Assembly (NCBI GenBank): GCA_050949505.1
Contig: JBMNFV010000001.1
Span: forward strand, 573,644-637,643
DNA length: 64,000 bases
Source: Patescibacteria group bacterium
GTDB lineage: Bacteria > Patescibacteriota > Patescibacteriia > Patescibacteriales > UBA12465
Direction of reading: 5' to 3'
Of the stretch, positions 9,817 to 17,916 are shown one piece after another. The position numbers and the translations under genes are program-made. Every line of letters begins with the position of its first letter. Position 1 is the stretch's first letter. The notes under the pieces were generated by a model, which was not told the DNA's origin, ran no database searches, and worked only from the letters and a program-made list of their open reading frames with translations.

Positions 9817-9825
9817 TGATATAAT
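9817..9825 (+). promoter_or_regulatory. Extended -10 promoter element for rnhB
   Basis: TGATATAAT lies 18 nt upstream of the rnhB ATG, implying a very short leader. No -35 box is evident. Confidence 0.3.
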
Positions 9826-9842
9826 AATTATATCAATATTTT

Positions 9843-10466
9843 ATGTTAGACTTGCAAACTGAACAAGAGTTTTTTAATTTAGGCTACCAATATTTAGGCG
9901 GCCTAGATGAGGCTGGCCGTGGCCCCTTGGCTGGGCCAGTAGTCGCGGCCTGTGTGGTTATTGATAGTCATTTTAAAATAGACCAGTCTGACCTTAAATT
10001 AGTAACTGACTCTAAAAAATTAAGTGCCTCAAAACGAGAACAGTTATTTAAAATTATCAAAGAAAAGGTTACGGCGGTGGAGATCGGAATAGCTACTAAC
10101 GAAGAAATTGATCAAATTAACATTCTCCAGGCTAGCTTTTTAGCCATGCGCCGGGCGGTTAAGAAATTAAAAATTCAACCTGATTACCTATTAGTTGATG
10201 GAAATTTTAAAGTTCCTCAACTTAATAAATCACAAACAGCGATAGTCCATGGCGATGCTCAGGTCTTTTGTATTGCCGCCGCCTCAATTATTGCTAAGGT
10301 TAGTCGTGACTGGTTAATAACTGAGTTAGCTAAAAAATACCCTCAATATGAATTAGAGAAACACAAGGGTTATGGCACTAAAAGACACTTAGAGCTAATT
10401 GCTAAGTATGGACCCTCTCCCCTGCACCGCCTTAGCTTTGCGCCATTTAGAAATAAAAAAGCTTGA
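9843..10466 (+). CDS. rnhB: Ribonuclease HII
   Basis: 207-aa ORF. GLDEAGRGPLAGPVV catalytic motif and RNase HII-like sequence throughout. Confidence 0.9.
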   Translation: MLDLQTEQEFFNLGYQYLGGLDEAGRGPLAGPVVAACVVIDSHFKIDQSDLKLVTDSKKLSASKREQLFKIIKEKVTAVEIGIATNEEIDQINILQASFLAMRRAVKKLKIQPDYLLVDGNFKVPQLNKSQTAIVHGDAQVFCIAAASIIAKVSRDWLITELAKKYPQYELEKHKGYGTKRHLELIAKYGPSPLHRLSFAPFRNKKA

Positions 10467-10489
10467 TTTTAAATCAAGCTTATTTTTTT
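10459..10489. terminator. Bidirectional terminator between convergent rnhB and HAD-like gene
   Basis: AAGCTTGAT-TTTAA-ATCAAGCTT hairpin containing the rnhB stop codon, flanked by A6 and T7 runs. Confidence 0.55.
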
Positions 10490-10490
10490 A

Positions 10491-11150
10491 TTATCCTATT
10501 TCGTGCTGATCTATTACAACATCAAGATACTCCTTAACACTATAATAGACATCTTCCACCTTAAAGGCTCTCCACAGCCCCAACAACTGGGGCGAAGAAA
10601 TGGCTACAAAGCCTATCCCGTAGGCCTTGGCCACTGGTAAGTCTTTATTAACATCGCTGCCCACAAAGACTATTTCTTCTGGCCTAAATCTAGCCAGAAC
10701 TTTTTCTAAGGAACTAGGGTCAGGCTTTAGAACTCCCTCGTCGGAAGTTTTAATAAAATCAAAGTCTTCTACCTTTAACTTTATTTTCTCTAAACCACTT
10801 TTAACATCCGCCATCTTCCTATTGGTCAAAATACCAAAGGAATAACCGGATTTCTTTAGGAGATTTATTTTTTTAAACAACTCACTATTGAGTTGTTTAT
10901 TTATCTTCCTAAACTCTTTTTTGGCCTCATTTACAACTGCCGAAATCTGATTTCGGGTCCAGTTATACTTAAGAGCCATTTTTGGCAGGACTACCGTTTC
11001 ATAGCACCTACCATAGTCCTCTGAATAGACTAGGGCCTCATCTTGTAGTAATCCCTGACTTCTCAATGCTTGTCGCCAAACATTGATAGTTTCATCGTCT
11101 GACAACATAAGCGTGCCCCCTAGGGCGAAGATAATTAGTTTTCTTTTCAT
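10491..11150 (-). CDS. HAD-superfamily hydrolase-like protein lacking the motif I aspartates
   Basis: 219-aa ORF. HAD motifs II-IV are recognisable (GILTNRK, KPDP, VGSDVNKD), but motif I reads FALGGTL where FDxDGTL is expected. Confidence 0.6.
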   Translation of the reverse strand: MKRKLIIFALGGTLMLSDDETINVWRQALRSQGLLQDEALVYSEDYGRCYETVVLPKMALKYNWTRNQISAVVNEAKKEFRKINKQLNSELFKKINLLKKSGYSFGILTNRKMADVKSGLEKIKLKVEDFDFIKTSDEGVLKPDPSSLEKVLARFRPEEIVFVGSDVNKDLPVAKAYGIGFVAISSPQLLGLWRAFKVEDVYYSVKEYLDVVIDQHEIG

Positions 11151-11175
11151 TTCTTATTGTTTTTTATGTTTAACA

Positions 11176-11229
11176 TTAGGTTAATTATTAAAACTACTAA
11201 TTTAGTAGCGGTCTTAATAATTAACCTAA
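11176..11229. repeat. 54-nt AT-rich palindrome (perfect 16-bp arms plus an inner 5-7-bp stem)
   Basis: TTAGGTTAATTATTAA (11176-11191) and its exact reverse complement TTAATAATTAACCTAA (11214-11229). The inner CTACTAA/TTAGTAG also pairs. No adjacent T-run on either strand. Confidence 0.7.
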
Positions 11230-11312
11230 GGTAAAGCTATTGTCAAAGAACTAGTTATTAAACTTTAATTTCCCTTTCTGACCTCTCACTATAGTATATT
11301 TACCTTAAATAA

Positions 11313-13100
11313 TCAAGATCGTCCGGCTCTAATACGCTCACTTTCAGTTAATTGCTGTTTTCTTAATCTAATACTTTTAGGAGTTACTTCTAAATATTCA
11401 TCTTTATTGATAATCCCTAAGCCTCGTTCTAGGTCTAGCTCCCAAGGGGGAGTGAGAATAATTGCCTCATCTGAACCAGAGGCTCGGACATTAGTCTGTT
11501 TTTTGCCCTTAATTGGATTAACCGTTAAGTCGCTCCCCTTGGCGACATTACCGACCACCATTCCTTCATAGACTTCAGTATTAGGCTTAATGTATAAAGT
11601 GCCTCGCTCTTGTAGGTTCCATAGAGAATAGGCTAGGGCCTTACCAGTTACCATAGAAATCATTGAGCCCAGCTCATTACGCTCTATCTCTCCCGCCCAA
11701 GGTTTAAAGGCTAGAAAGTGGGAATAAAGGATACCCTCTCCCCTAGTATCAATGATAAATTCTCCTCGGTAACCTAAAAGTCCTCGGGTGGGAATTTGAA
11801 ATACCATTCTAGTTTGACCATCCTTATTTACTAAATCTAACATTTGTCCGCGTCGCTTAGCCAACTTTTCTATCACTGCCCCGGCCTTAGCTTCAGGAAC
11901 ATCTACCCGCACTTCCTCATAGGGCTCTAATTTTTCACCCTGCTCCTCTTTGATAATGACCTGTGGTTGAGAAACTTGCAGTTCATAGCCCTCGCGACGA
12001 AGATTTTCCAACAACACCGCAATATGTAGTTCGCCGCGACCAAACACCTGATAAACATTAACATCGGAAAAATCTATTTTTAATCCCACATTAATCTCTA
12101 GTTCTTTTTCTAAGCGCTCTTTTAGTTGCCGGTTAGTTACAAATTTCCCTTCCCGACCGGCAAACGGAGAATTGTTAATCAAAAAACTTAAGGAAATAGT
12201 TGGCTCAGCTATTGTTATTGCTGGCCAAGGAGTTTCATCTTTTTTCTCAGAAATAGTTTCACCGATATAAGCATCGCTCAGACCAGCGATTAAGACAATG
12301 TCGCCTGCGCTAGCTTCAGACATTTCTTGGCGAACTAGACCCTGAAAAGAAAATAATTTAGCCACCCGACCTGAATTAATACCATTGTCCAAATCATGCT
12401 TAAAAATAGTTTGCCCCACCTTTATTTTCCCTCGATAAATTCTCGCTACCGCTAATCGTCCTAAAAAATTATCGTAAGCTAAGTTAAAGATTTGAGCAAC
12501 TAAAGGCTTCTTGATGTCTTCTTGACTAGCCGCTGGTTTAACTTGTTTTAAAATTAAATCTAACAAGGGATTTAAATTATCCTCTAACTGACTAGCTTTA
12601 TTCCCCGCCAAACCCTGCTTAGCAATGGTGTAAATAACGGGAAAGTCTAATTGTTCATCATTAGCGCCTAGGTCTAAAAATAGTTCATAGACCATCTCCT
12701 CCACCTCAGCTGGCCGAGCAGCCGGCTTATCTATTTTATTAATCACTACTATTGGTTTTAAGCCTAACTCTAGGGATTTTTGGAGAACAAATTTGGTTTG
12801 TGGCATGGGCCCCTCTTGAGCATCTACCACTAGCAAAACTGAATCTATCGATCGCAAGACTCGTTCTACCTCGGAGCTAAAGTCAGCGTGACCAGGGGTG
12901 TCAACAATATTAATCTTAGTGTTTTGATAAAAAAGACTACAATTTTTAGCATAGATAGTAATTCCTCTCTCTTGTTCTAGAGAATTACTATCCATACTAG
13001 TACTGTCAGTCGCTAAGCCAGCCTGACGGAGCAAGGAGTCTGTTAGGGTGGTTTTACCATGGTCAACGTGAGCGATAATAGCTAAATTACGAATTTCCAT
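11313..13100 (-). CDS. typA: Translational GTPase TypA/BipA
   Basis: The ORF begins MEIRNLAIIAHVDHGKTTL at the ATG at 13100. G-domain motifs AHVDHGKT, DTPGH and NKID are present. The 10 extra codons from the TTG at 13130 look spurious. Confidence 0.9.
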   Translation of the reverse strand: MEIRNLAIIAHVDHGKTTLTDSLLRQAGLATDSTSMDSNSLEQERGITIYAKNCSLFYQNTKINIVDTPGHADFSSEVERVLRSIDSVLLVVDAQEGPMPQTKFVLQKSLELGLKPIVVINKIDKPAARPAEVEEMVYELFLDLGANDEQLDFPVIYTIAKQGLAGNKASQLEDNLNPLLDLILKQVKPAASQEDIKKPLVAQIFNLAYDNFLGRLAVARIYRGKIKVGQTIFKHDLDNGINSGRVAKLFSFQGLVRQEMSEASAGDIVLIAGLSDAYIGETISEKKDETPWPAITIAEPTISLSFLINNSPFAGREGKFVTNRQLKERLEKELEINVGLKIDFSDVNVYQVFGRGELHIAVLLENLRREGYELQVSQPQVIIKEEQGEKLEPYEEVRVDVPEAKAGAVIEKLAKRRGQMLDLVNKDGQTRMVFQIPTRGLLGYRGEFIIDTRGEGILYSHFLAFKPWAGEIERNELGSMISMVTGKALAYSLWNLQERGTLYIKPNTEVYEGMVVGNVAKGSDLTVNPIKGKKQTNVRASGSDEAIILTPPWELDLERGLGIINKDEYLEVTPKSIRLRKQQLTESERIRAGRS

Positions 13101-13130
13101 AAAATTTATTAGTTTAAAAATAGTTGGCAA

Positions 13131-13159
13131 AAGAAAACGCGACAGTCTGGTCGCGTTTT
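13131..13159 (-). terminator. Rho-independent terminator after hisS
   Basis: Minus strand: AACGCGAC-CAGACT-GTCGCGTT followed by TTCTTTTG. Confidence 0.5.
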
Positions 13160-13213
13160 AAACTATCAGTCCGATTAAATTAAATTATTACAAACAAGTC
13201 CTAAAGTCAAGTC

Positions 13214-14503
13214 CTAAAAACTACGCTGCTTCTCTTCACCGCTGGTCATGTCCTTAATTTTATACACTCCCTTGGTTGCCTCCTCGGGGCCCACTATAAT
13301 TACCTTGGAGAAATTTTTCTTGTTAGCTAATTCTAGGGCCTTGGCTATCTTTTGCTCCTCTAGGCCTAGATAAACTTGATGACCACGACTCCGCCACTCC
13401 TTGGCTAGTCGTTGAATAGTCATTTGCAAACTTTTATCTAACAAAGGGAGGTAATAAACATCTGGTTGAATTAAATCAAGTCCAGCTAACAGGCCCCAAC
13501 TTTCTAAGAACAACTTAAAAGTTTCATCGCCCGGAGCAAAGCCCAGCGCAGGAAAGTTTTTTTCTCCAAATATTTCGGCTAAACCATTATAGCGCCCTCC
13601 GCCAAACATCGCCCGACGATTATCTGGATGATTATCATAAACTTCAAAGACTAAGCCGTCATAATAATCAAATCCCCGAATAATTGCTGGCTTAAATTCT
13701 ATTAAATCTCCATAACCTAACTCCTCTAACTTCTCTATTAGTCCTGCTATTTCTAACAAGCCTTGATTAGTTTTAAGAACTGGAAACTCTTGTAGCAACT
13801 CATCTAAACTGGTGCTGGTCATAAATTTCAATAGTATGTCTATCGCCTCAGAGTCTAGGTCAAGTTCACCAAGACGGACCTTAATTTCTTCTTGAGTTAA
13901 TTTATTCCACTTATCTAAAATACGCCCTACCTTAACTCTCTGCTCTGGGGCTAAGCCCTCGGGTTGACACAAATCAAAGATCGCTTCTAGTAGTTTTCTA
14001 TTATTAATTCCTAAGAAAAAAGAATTCTGAGGAGGATCAAATTCTAACACTAAATCTAGGGCTAATTGTAGTAGTTCTAAGTCAGCACTTAGATTATTGC
14101 TACCAAAAATATCACAATTTAACTGCCAGAATTCCCGATTACGCCCTCGCTGTGGTTTCTCATTGCGCATGAAATTAGCAATTGAAAACAGCTTAATAGG
14201 CTTAGGGCTAGCCGCATAAACCTTAGTTAACAAGCGCACTACTGATGGGGTCATTTCTGGTCTAATCGCCAATTCACGACCTCCCAAGTCAGAAAAAGTT
14301 AAGAGCTCTGGCCCTCCTACGTCCTCACCTGATTTAGCTCGGTATATTTCAGCATTCTCCACTAAAGGAGTGAGATACTCTTCAAAGCCATAACGCAAAC
14401 AGACCTGTCGCCAAGTATCAAAAATATACTTTCGCACCGCAAACTCAGCTGGTAACCAGTCTTGAGTTCCTTTTGGCTCTTGATTGGAAATGGGTTTGTT
14501 CAT
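13214..14503 (-). CDS. hisS: Histidyl-tRNA synthetase
   Basis: 429-aa ORF. Class II aaRS motifs (ELAIRPEMT, FGGGRYNGL) and a C-terminal anticodon-binding domain. Confidence 0.9.
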   Translation of the reverse strand: MNKPISNQEPKGTQDWLPAEFAVRKYIFDTWRQVCLRYGFEEYLTPLVENAEIYRAKSGEDVGGPELLTFSDLGGRELAIRPEMTPSVVRLLTKVYAASPKPIKLFSIANFMRNEKPQRGRNREFWQLNCDIFGSNNLSADLELLQLALDLVLEFDPPQNSFFLGINNRKLLEAIFDLCQPEGLAPEQRVKVGRILDKWNKLTQEEIKVRLGELDLDSEAIDILLKFMTSTSLDELLQEFPVLKTNQGLLEIAGLIEKLEELGYGDLIEFKPAIIRGFDYYDGLVFEVYDNHPDNRRAMFGGGRYNGLAEIFGEKNFPALGFAPGDETFKLFLESWGLLAGLDLIQPDVYYLPLLDKSLQMTIQRLAKEWRSRGHQVYLGLEEQKIAKALELANKKNFSKVIIVGPEEATKGVYKIKDMTSGEEKQRSF

Positions 14504-14750
14504 ATTCTTTATTTTAACCCCTTTTAATTATCTTGGCAACTAAAAGAGGTTTGACACAAGGGCAGCCTAGAAATGTCGTAGTGGTGGGCTATTTAGAGAT
14601 GTCATTCCTCCTTAATTTATTATTTTTATTAACTAGAGCAGTTAACAATTATTTATCCCCAAATTTTAGCTGAGGTTTAGTAATAACTTAAATGTTCTTT
14701 AGGGATTTTTTGCCATAATAGTTAAACTTATTAACTAACTAAAAAATCCT

Positions 14751-15437
14751 ATGAAAATATTAATTATTGACGATGAATTAAGTATTTTAGAATTCCTTAA
14801 AGAAGGCCTTAAGAGCAAACTATATGACGTTGACTGTGCTAGTGATGGCGAGCGAGGGGCTTGGCTAGCTAAAACTGGAAGTTATGATTTAGTAATACTA
14901 GACTACACTTTACCTAAAATGAATGGAGCCCAAGTGCTAAAGGAAATTAGAGCAGAAAAGAAGCATTTACCAGTGATCATTTTAAGTGTCGCCTCTGAAT
15001 TAAAAAACAAACAAGAATTATTTTCTCTTGGGGCTGATGACTATCTCACTAAGCCCTTTTTATTAGAAGAATTATTACTAAGAATTGAGGCCGTGCTAAG
15101 AAGGCCTCAGAAGCTAAGTCCTGATTTATATAAAATAGATAATCTAACTTTTAACGCTAGCGCTCGCACCGTTAGGCGCGCGGGGCGAGAAATATATTTA
15201 ACTAGACGAGAATTCTTTTTATTAGAATACTTTCTAAAAAATCGCAATATTATTCTTTCTCGTCAACAGATTCTAGAAAACGTTTGGGATTATAATGCCG
15301 ATCCCTTTTCTAATTCTATTGAAACTCATATTGCTAGCTTGCGCCGTAAATTAAATCAGGGAAAATACCGAGAGCTCATTCATACCTTTAGTGGTCGGGG
15401 GTACAAGTTGGCTTTGAATAAATTAACTGACAACTAG
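14751..15437 (+). CDS. OmpR/PhoB-family response regulator (no adjacent histidine kinase)
   Basis: 228-aa ORF. Receiver domain (DDE.., DLVILDYTLPKMNG, LTKPF) followed by a winged-helix trans_reg_C domain (LTRREFFLLEYF..GRGYKL). Confidence 0.85.
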   Translation: MKILIIDDELSILEFLKEGLKSKLYDVDCASDGERGAWLAKTGSYDLVILDYTLPKMNGAQVLKEIRAEKKHLPVIILSVASELKNKQELFSLGADDYLTKPFLLEELLLRIEAVLRRPQKLSPDLYKIDNLTFNASARTVRRAGREIYLTRREFFLLEYFLKNRNIILSRQQILENVWDYNADPFSNSIETHIASLRRKLNQGKYRELIHTFSGRGYKLALNKLTDN

Positions 15438-16639
15438 TCATCAATGAATTTTTTACCCAATAACTCTTTGGGTAAATATTCTTGCTGGCTATCATCTTCC
15501 TTAGGACTATACTTATAGCCCTGAGCGTACCCTAAGTCTTTCATTAACTTAGTAGGAGCATTACGCAAGTGAATTGGTACCGGCAAGTTACCACTTAGTT
15601 TTATTTCCTCACGAACTCGCTGATAAGCCTCATAGGCTTTAATACTTTTAGCTGACTTAGCTAAATAGGCGACACAATGACTTAAATTAACTCCACACTC
15701 TGGATAGCCTATTTGCTGACAAGCAGTATAGGTAGCGGTAGCTAATAATAAGGCGCTATTATTAGCTAGCCCCACATCTTCACTAGCAAAGCGTACTAAA
15801 CGCCTTGCTATATATAAAGGATCCTCTCCGGCCTCAAGCATTCTGCCTAGATAATATAAAGCGGCATCAGGATGCGAGCCCCGAAGCGATTTATGAAGAG
15901 CGGAAATTAAATTATAATGCTCTTCCCCGTCGCGGTCATATAATAGGTTAGGTTGATTGCTTATCTCCTTTAAGAGTTTAGTGGTGATTTTCTTTCCCTG
16001 GTCCTTTGCCGATTCTAGGGCGCTTTCTAATATCCCTAAAGCTCGCCGAGCATCACCATTAGCTAATTGAGCTAACAAGGAAGATGCTTTAGGGTCTAGT
16101 TTAAGTGCTAATGCTTGGGCTGCCCGATTAATAATTTCTTGCAACTCTTGGTCAGTTAATCTTTCTAGCACTACTATCTTCACTCGAGATAATAAGGCGC
16201 TATTGAGAGAAAAGCTAGGATTCCCTGTTGTCGCCCCAATTAAAGTAATGGTGCCATTTTCCACTAAGGGTAGTAGGGCATCTTGCTGAGCTTTATTCCA
16301 ACGGTGAATCTCGTCAATAAATAATATAGTTTTAGCTCCCAGTCGGCGAGCAGACTTAGCGCGTTCGGCAATTTCTTTTAATTCCTTAACCCCACTATTA
16401 GTTGCGCTTAACTCTCTAAACTCCGCCTTTGTTTCCTGGGCAATAATTAGGGCCAAGGTGGTCTTGCCAGTGCCTGGTGGTCCCCAAAAAACCAAGGAGG
16501 GAGTTCTGTCCTGCTTGATCGCTTGATACAACCAAGACCCTGGAGCAATTACCTGCTGCTGGCCCACGAACTCCGTTAAATTTTTTGGCCGGAAATAAAT
16601 GGCCAGTGGTTGAGATTTGATCATCGCTGTAAACTTCAT
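15434..16639 (-). CDS. rarA: Replication-associated recombination protein A (MgsA/RarA AAA+ ATPase)
   Basis: 401-aa ORF. Walker A GPPGTGKTT, Walker B LFIDEIHRWNK and a MgsA C-terminal domain. Confidence 0.85.
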   Translation of the reverse strand: MKFTAMIKSQPLAIYFRPKNLTEFVGQQQVIAPGSWLYQAIKQDRTPSLVFWGPPGTGKTTLALIIAQETKAEFRELSATNSGVKELKEIAERAKSARRLGAKTILFIDEIHRWNKAQQDALLPLVENGTITLIGATTGNPSFSLNSALLSRVKIVVLERLTDQELQEIINRAAQALALKLDPKASSLLAQLANGDARRALGILESALESAKDQGKKITTKLLKEISNQPNLLYDRDGEEHYNLISALHKSLRGSHPDAALYYLGRMLEAGEDPLYIARRLVRFASEDVGLANNSALLLATATYTACQQIGYPECGVNLSHCVAYLAKSAKSIKAYEAYQRVREEIKLSGNLPVPIHLRNAPTKLMKDLGYAQGYKYSPKEDDSQQEYLPKELLGKKFIDD

Positions 16640-16684
16640 TTACTACTCTAGCAAAAATTAACAAAATTTTCTAGTTCCTGGCTA

Positions 16685-16711
16685 AGAAAAAACTGGCCTA
16701 TTTGGCCAGTT
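16685..16711 (-). terminator. Rho-independent terminator after tspO
   Basis: Minus strand: AACTGGCC-AAATA-GGCCAGTT followed by TTTTTCTT. Confidence 0.55.
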
Positions 16712-16725
16712 TAATATTATTCCCC

Positions 16726-17208
16726 TTAATTTAATTGCCAAATTAAATAGTTAAAGACCCCTAGATAACTAATCCAAATTAAGTAAGGGAAAAACAGCCA
16801 AGCCGCTGTTTTTTTTATCTGGTAAAGATAATAAAAACTAACAATAATCATTGATAAATAGGAAATCATTGCCCAAAAAGATAGCCCTGGCAATTTGATG
16901 TAAAAAAACAAGAACACCCAATATAGCGAAAGCAGCAATTGAGCGCTAAAACTTAAATAAGCAGAGCGATAAGCTTTTTTTGCTTGATGGTCTTTAGCTA
17001 CTAAAAATAATGCGACTCCCATTAGTAGAAATAGTCCCAACCAAATATAAGCTAATATATTACTAGGCACTGATAAACTTGGCTTGTTTAAACTCTGATA
17101 CCAAGTACTCAAGCCTGGTGAGGCCAGCCCAAAAGCCAAGAGACCAATCGCTAGTGGGCTAAGTAGGCATAAAATAAATAAAGCTATTTTCCTAAAAGAG
17201 TTAGTCAT
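16726..17208 (-). CDS. tspO: TspO/MBR family tryptophan-rich sensory protein
   Basis: 160-aa ORF with five TM helices. WYQSLNKPSLSVPSN motif and aromatic-rich helices typical of TspO. Confidence 0.7.
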   Translation of the reverse strand: MTNSFRKIALFILCLLSPLAIGLLAFGLASPGLSTWYQSLNKPSLSVPSNILAYIWLGLFLLMGVALFLVAKDHQAKKAYRSAYLSFSAQLLLSLYWVFLFFYIKLPGLSFWAMISYLSMIIVSFYYLYQIKKTAAWLFFPYLIWISYLGVFNYLIWQLN

Positions 17209-17283
17209 AGAATAAATTTAGAATCACTAAATTTAGTATAGCATTTTTTAATTTAAGATAAAAGAGAAAACTCTCACCTAGGT

Positions 17284-17312
17284 TTGTTAAATTATAAAAA
17301 TATTGTTATGAT
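17284..17312 (+). promoter_or_regulatory. Candidate sigma70-type promoter for adk
   Basis: TTGTTA (17284-17289), 17-nt spacer, TATGAT (17307-17312). 41 nt upstream of the adk ATG. Confidence 0.3.
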
Positions 17313-17352
17313 GATAAACGGTTAAAGTGATTAATAATCGTTAAAATATTTT

Positions 17353-17916
17353 ATGAAAAAAGTTATCTGTCTTTACGGCCCAGCGGCGGCGGGCAAAACT
17401 ACTCAAGCCGAATTATTAACAAAAAAATATGGCCTCTTCTCTTTTGGGATGGGAGACCATTTGCGAGCGGAAATAAACTCTCATTCTGAACTAGGAAAAG
17501 AGATCGCGGAGACAGTTGCTCAAGGACTATTAATCCCTGACCACTTAATGGACCAGGTTCTTGAAAGTATTAAAGAGCCGGCTCGCACTACAGGCATCGT
17601 TTTAGATGGCTTCCCTCGGGTCTTAAGTCAGGCTAAGTCTTTAGCTAAGGTTTTACAAACGGTCAATTTAGAGGTTGAGCTCTTTGTCCTTTTAGATATT
17701 AATGAAGACGAGATTTTAAATAGAATTGCCGCTCGGGCTAAGCTAACTGGGCGCCATGATGACTTAGATGCTCAAGCGATTAGCAATCGCCTAGCTGTTT
17801 ATAATAAAGAGTCTTTAGCTTTAATTGATCATTATCACTCCTTGGGAAAATTAGTAAAAATAGATGGCTCTTTGCCTAGGGAGGATGTCTTTAAAGAAAT
17901 AGAGAAACATCTTTAA
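17353..17916 (+). CDS. adk: Adenylate kinase (short lid, no zinc cysteines)
   Basis: 187-aa ORF. P-loop GPAAAGKTTQA and an adenylate-kinase-like core (GDHLRAE, LDGFPR). Confidence 0.9.
   Translation: MKKVICLYGPAAAGKTTQAELLTKKYGLFSFGMGDHLRAEINSHSELGKEIAETVAQGLLIPDHLMDQVLESIKEPARTTGIVLDGFPRVLSQAKSLAKVLQTVNLEVELFVLLDINEDEILNRIAARAKLTGRHDDLDAQAISNRLAVYNKESLALIDHYHSLGKLVKIDGSLPREDVFKEIEKHL

Noticed and set aside
13101-13130. N-terminal extensions in the ORF track from TTG or distal starts (typA to 13130, rpmG to 21750, tyrS to 25315, gyrB from 27310, def from 47145, 46853 start, pilin to 23992, ftsL-like to 5817)
   Set aside because: In each case an ATG a few codons downstream gives the canonical family N-terminus. 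For tyrS the extension would also run through a terminator hairpin.
14640-14651. 12-nt words AGTTAACAATTA at 14640-14651 and 49331-49342 resembling the 18-nt orphan motif (AGTTA-TTT-AACAATTA)
   Set aside because: They are related only after allowing a 3-nt indel. One copy lies in a convergent gene end with nothing downstream. AT-rich 12-mers recur by chance at an appreciable rate here. I kept this as a note, not a call.
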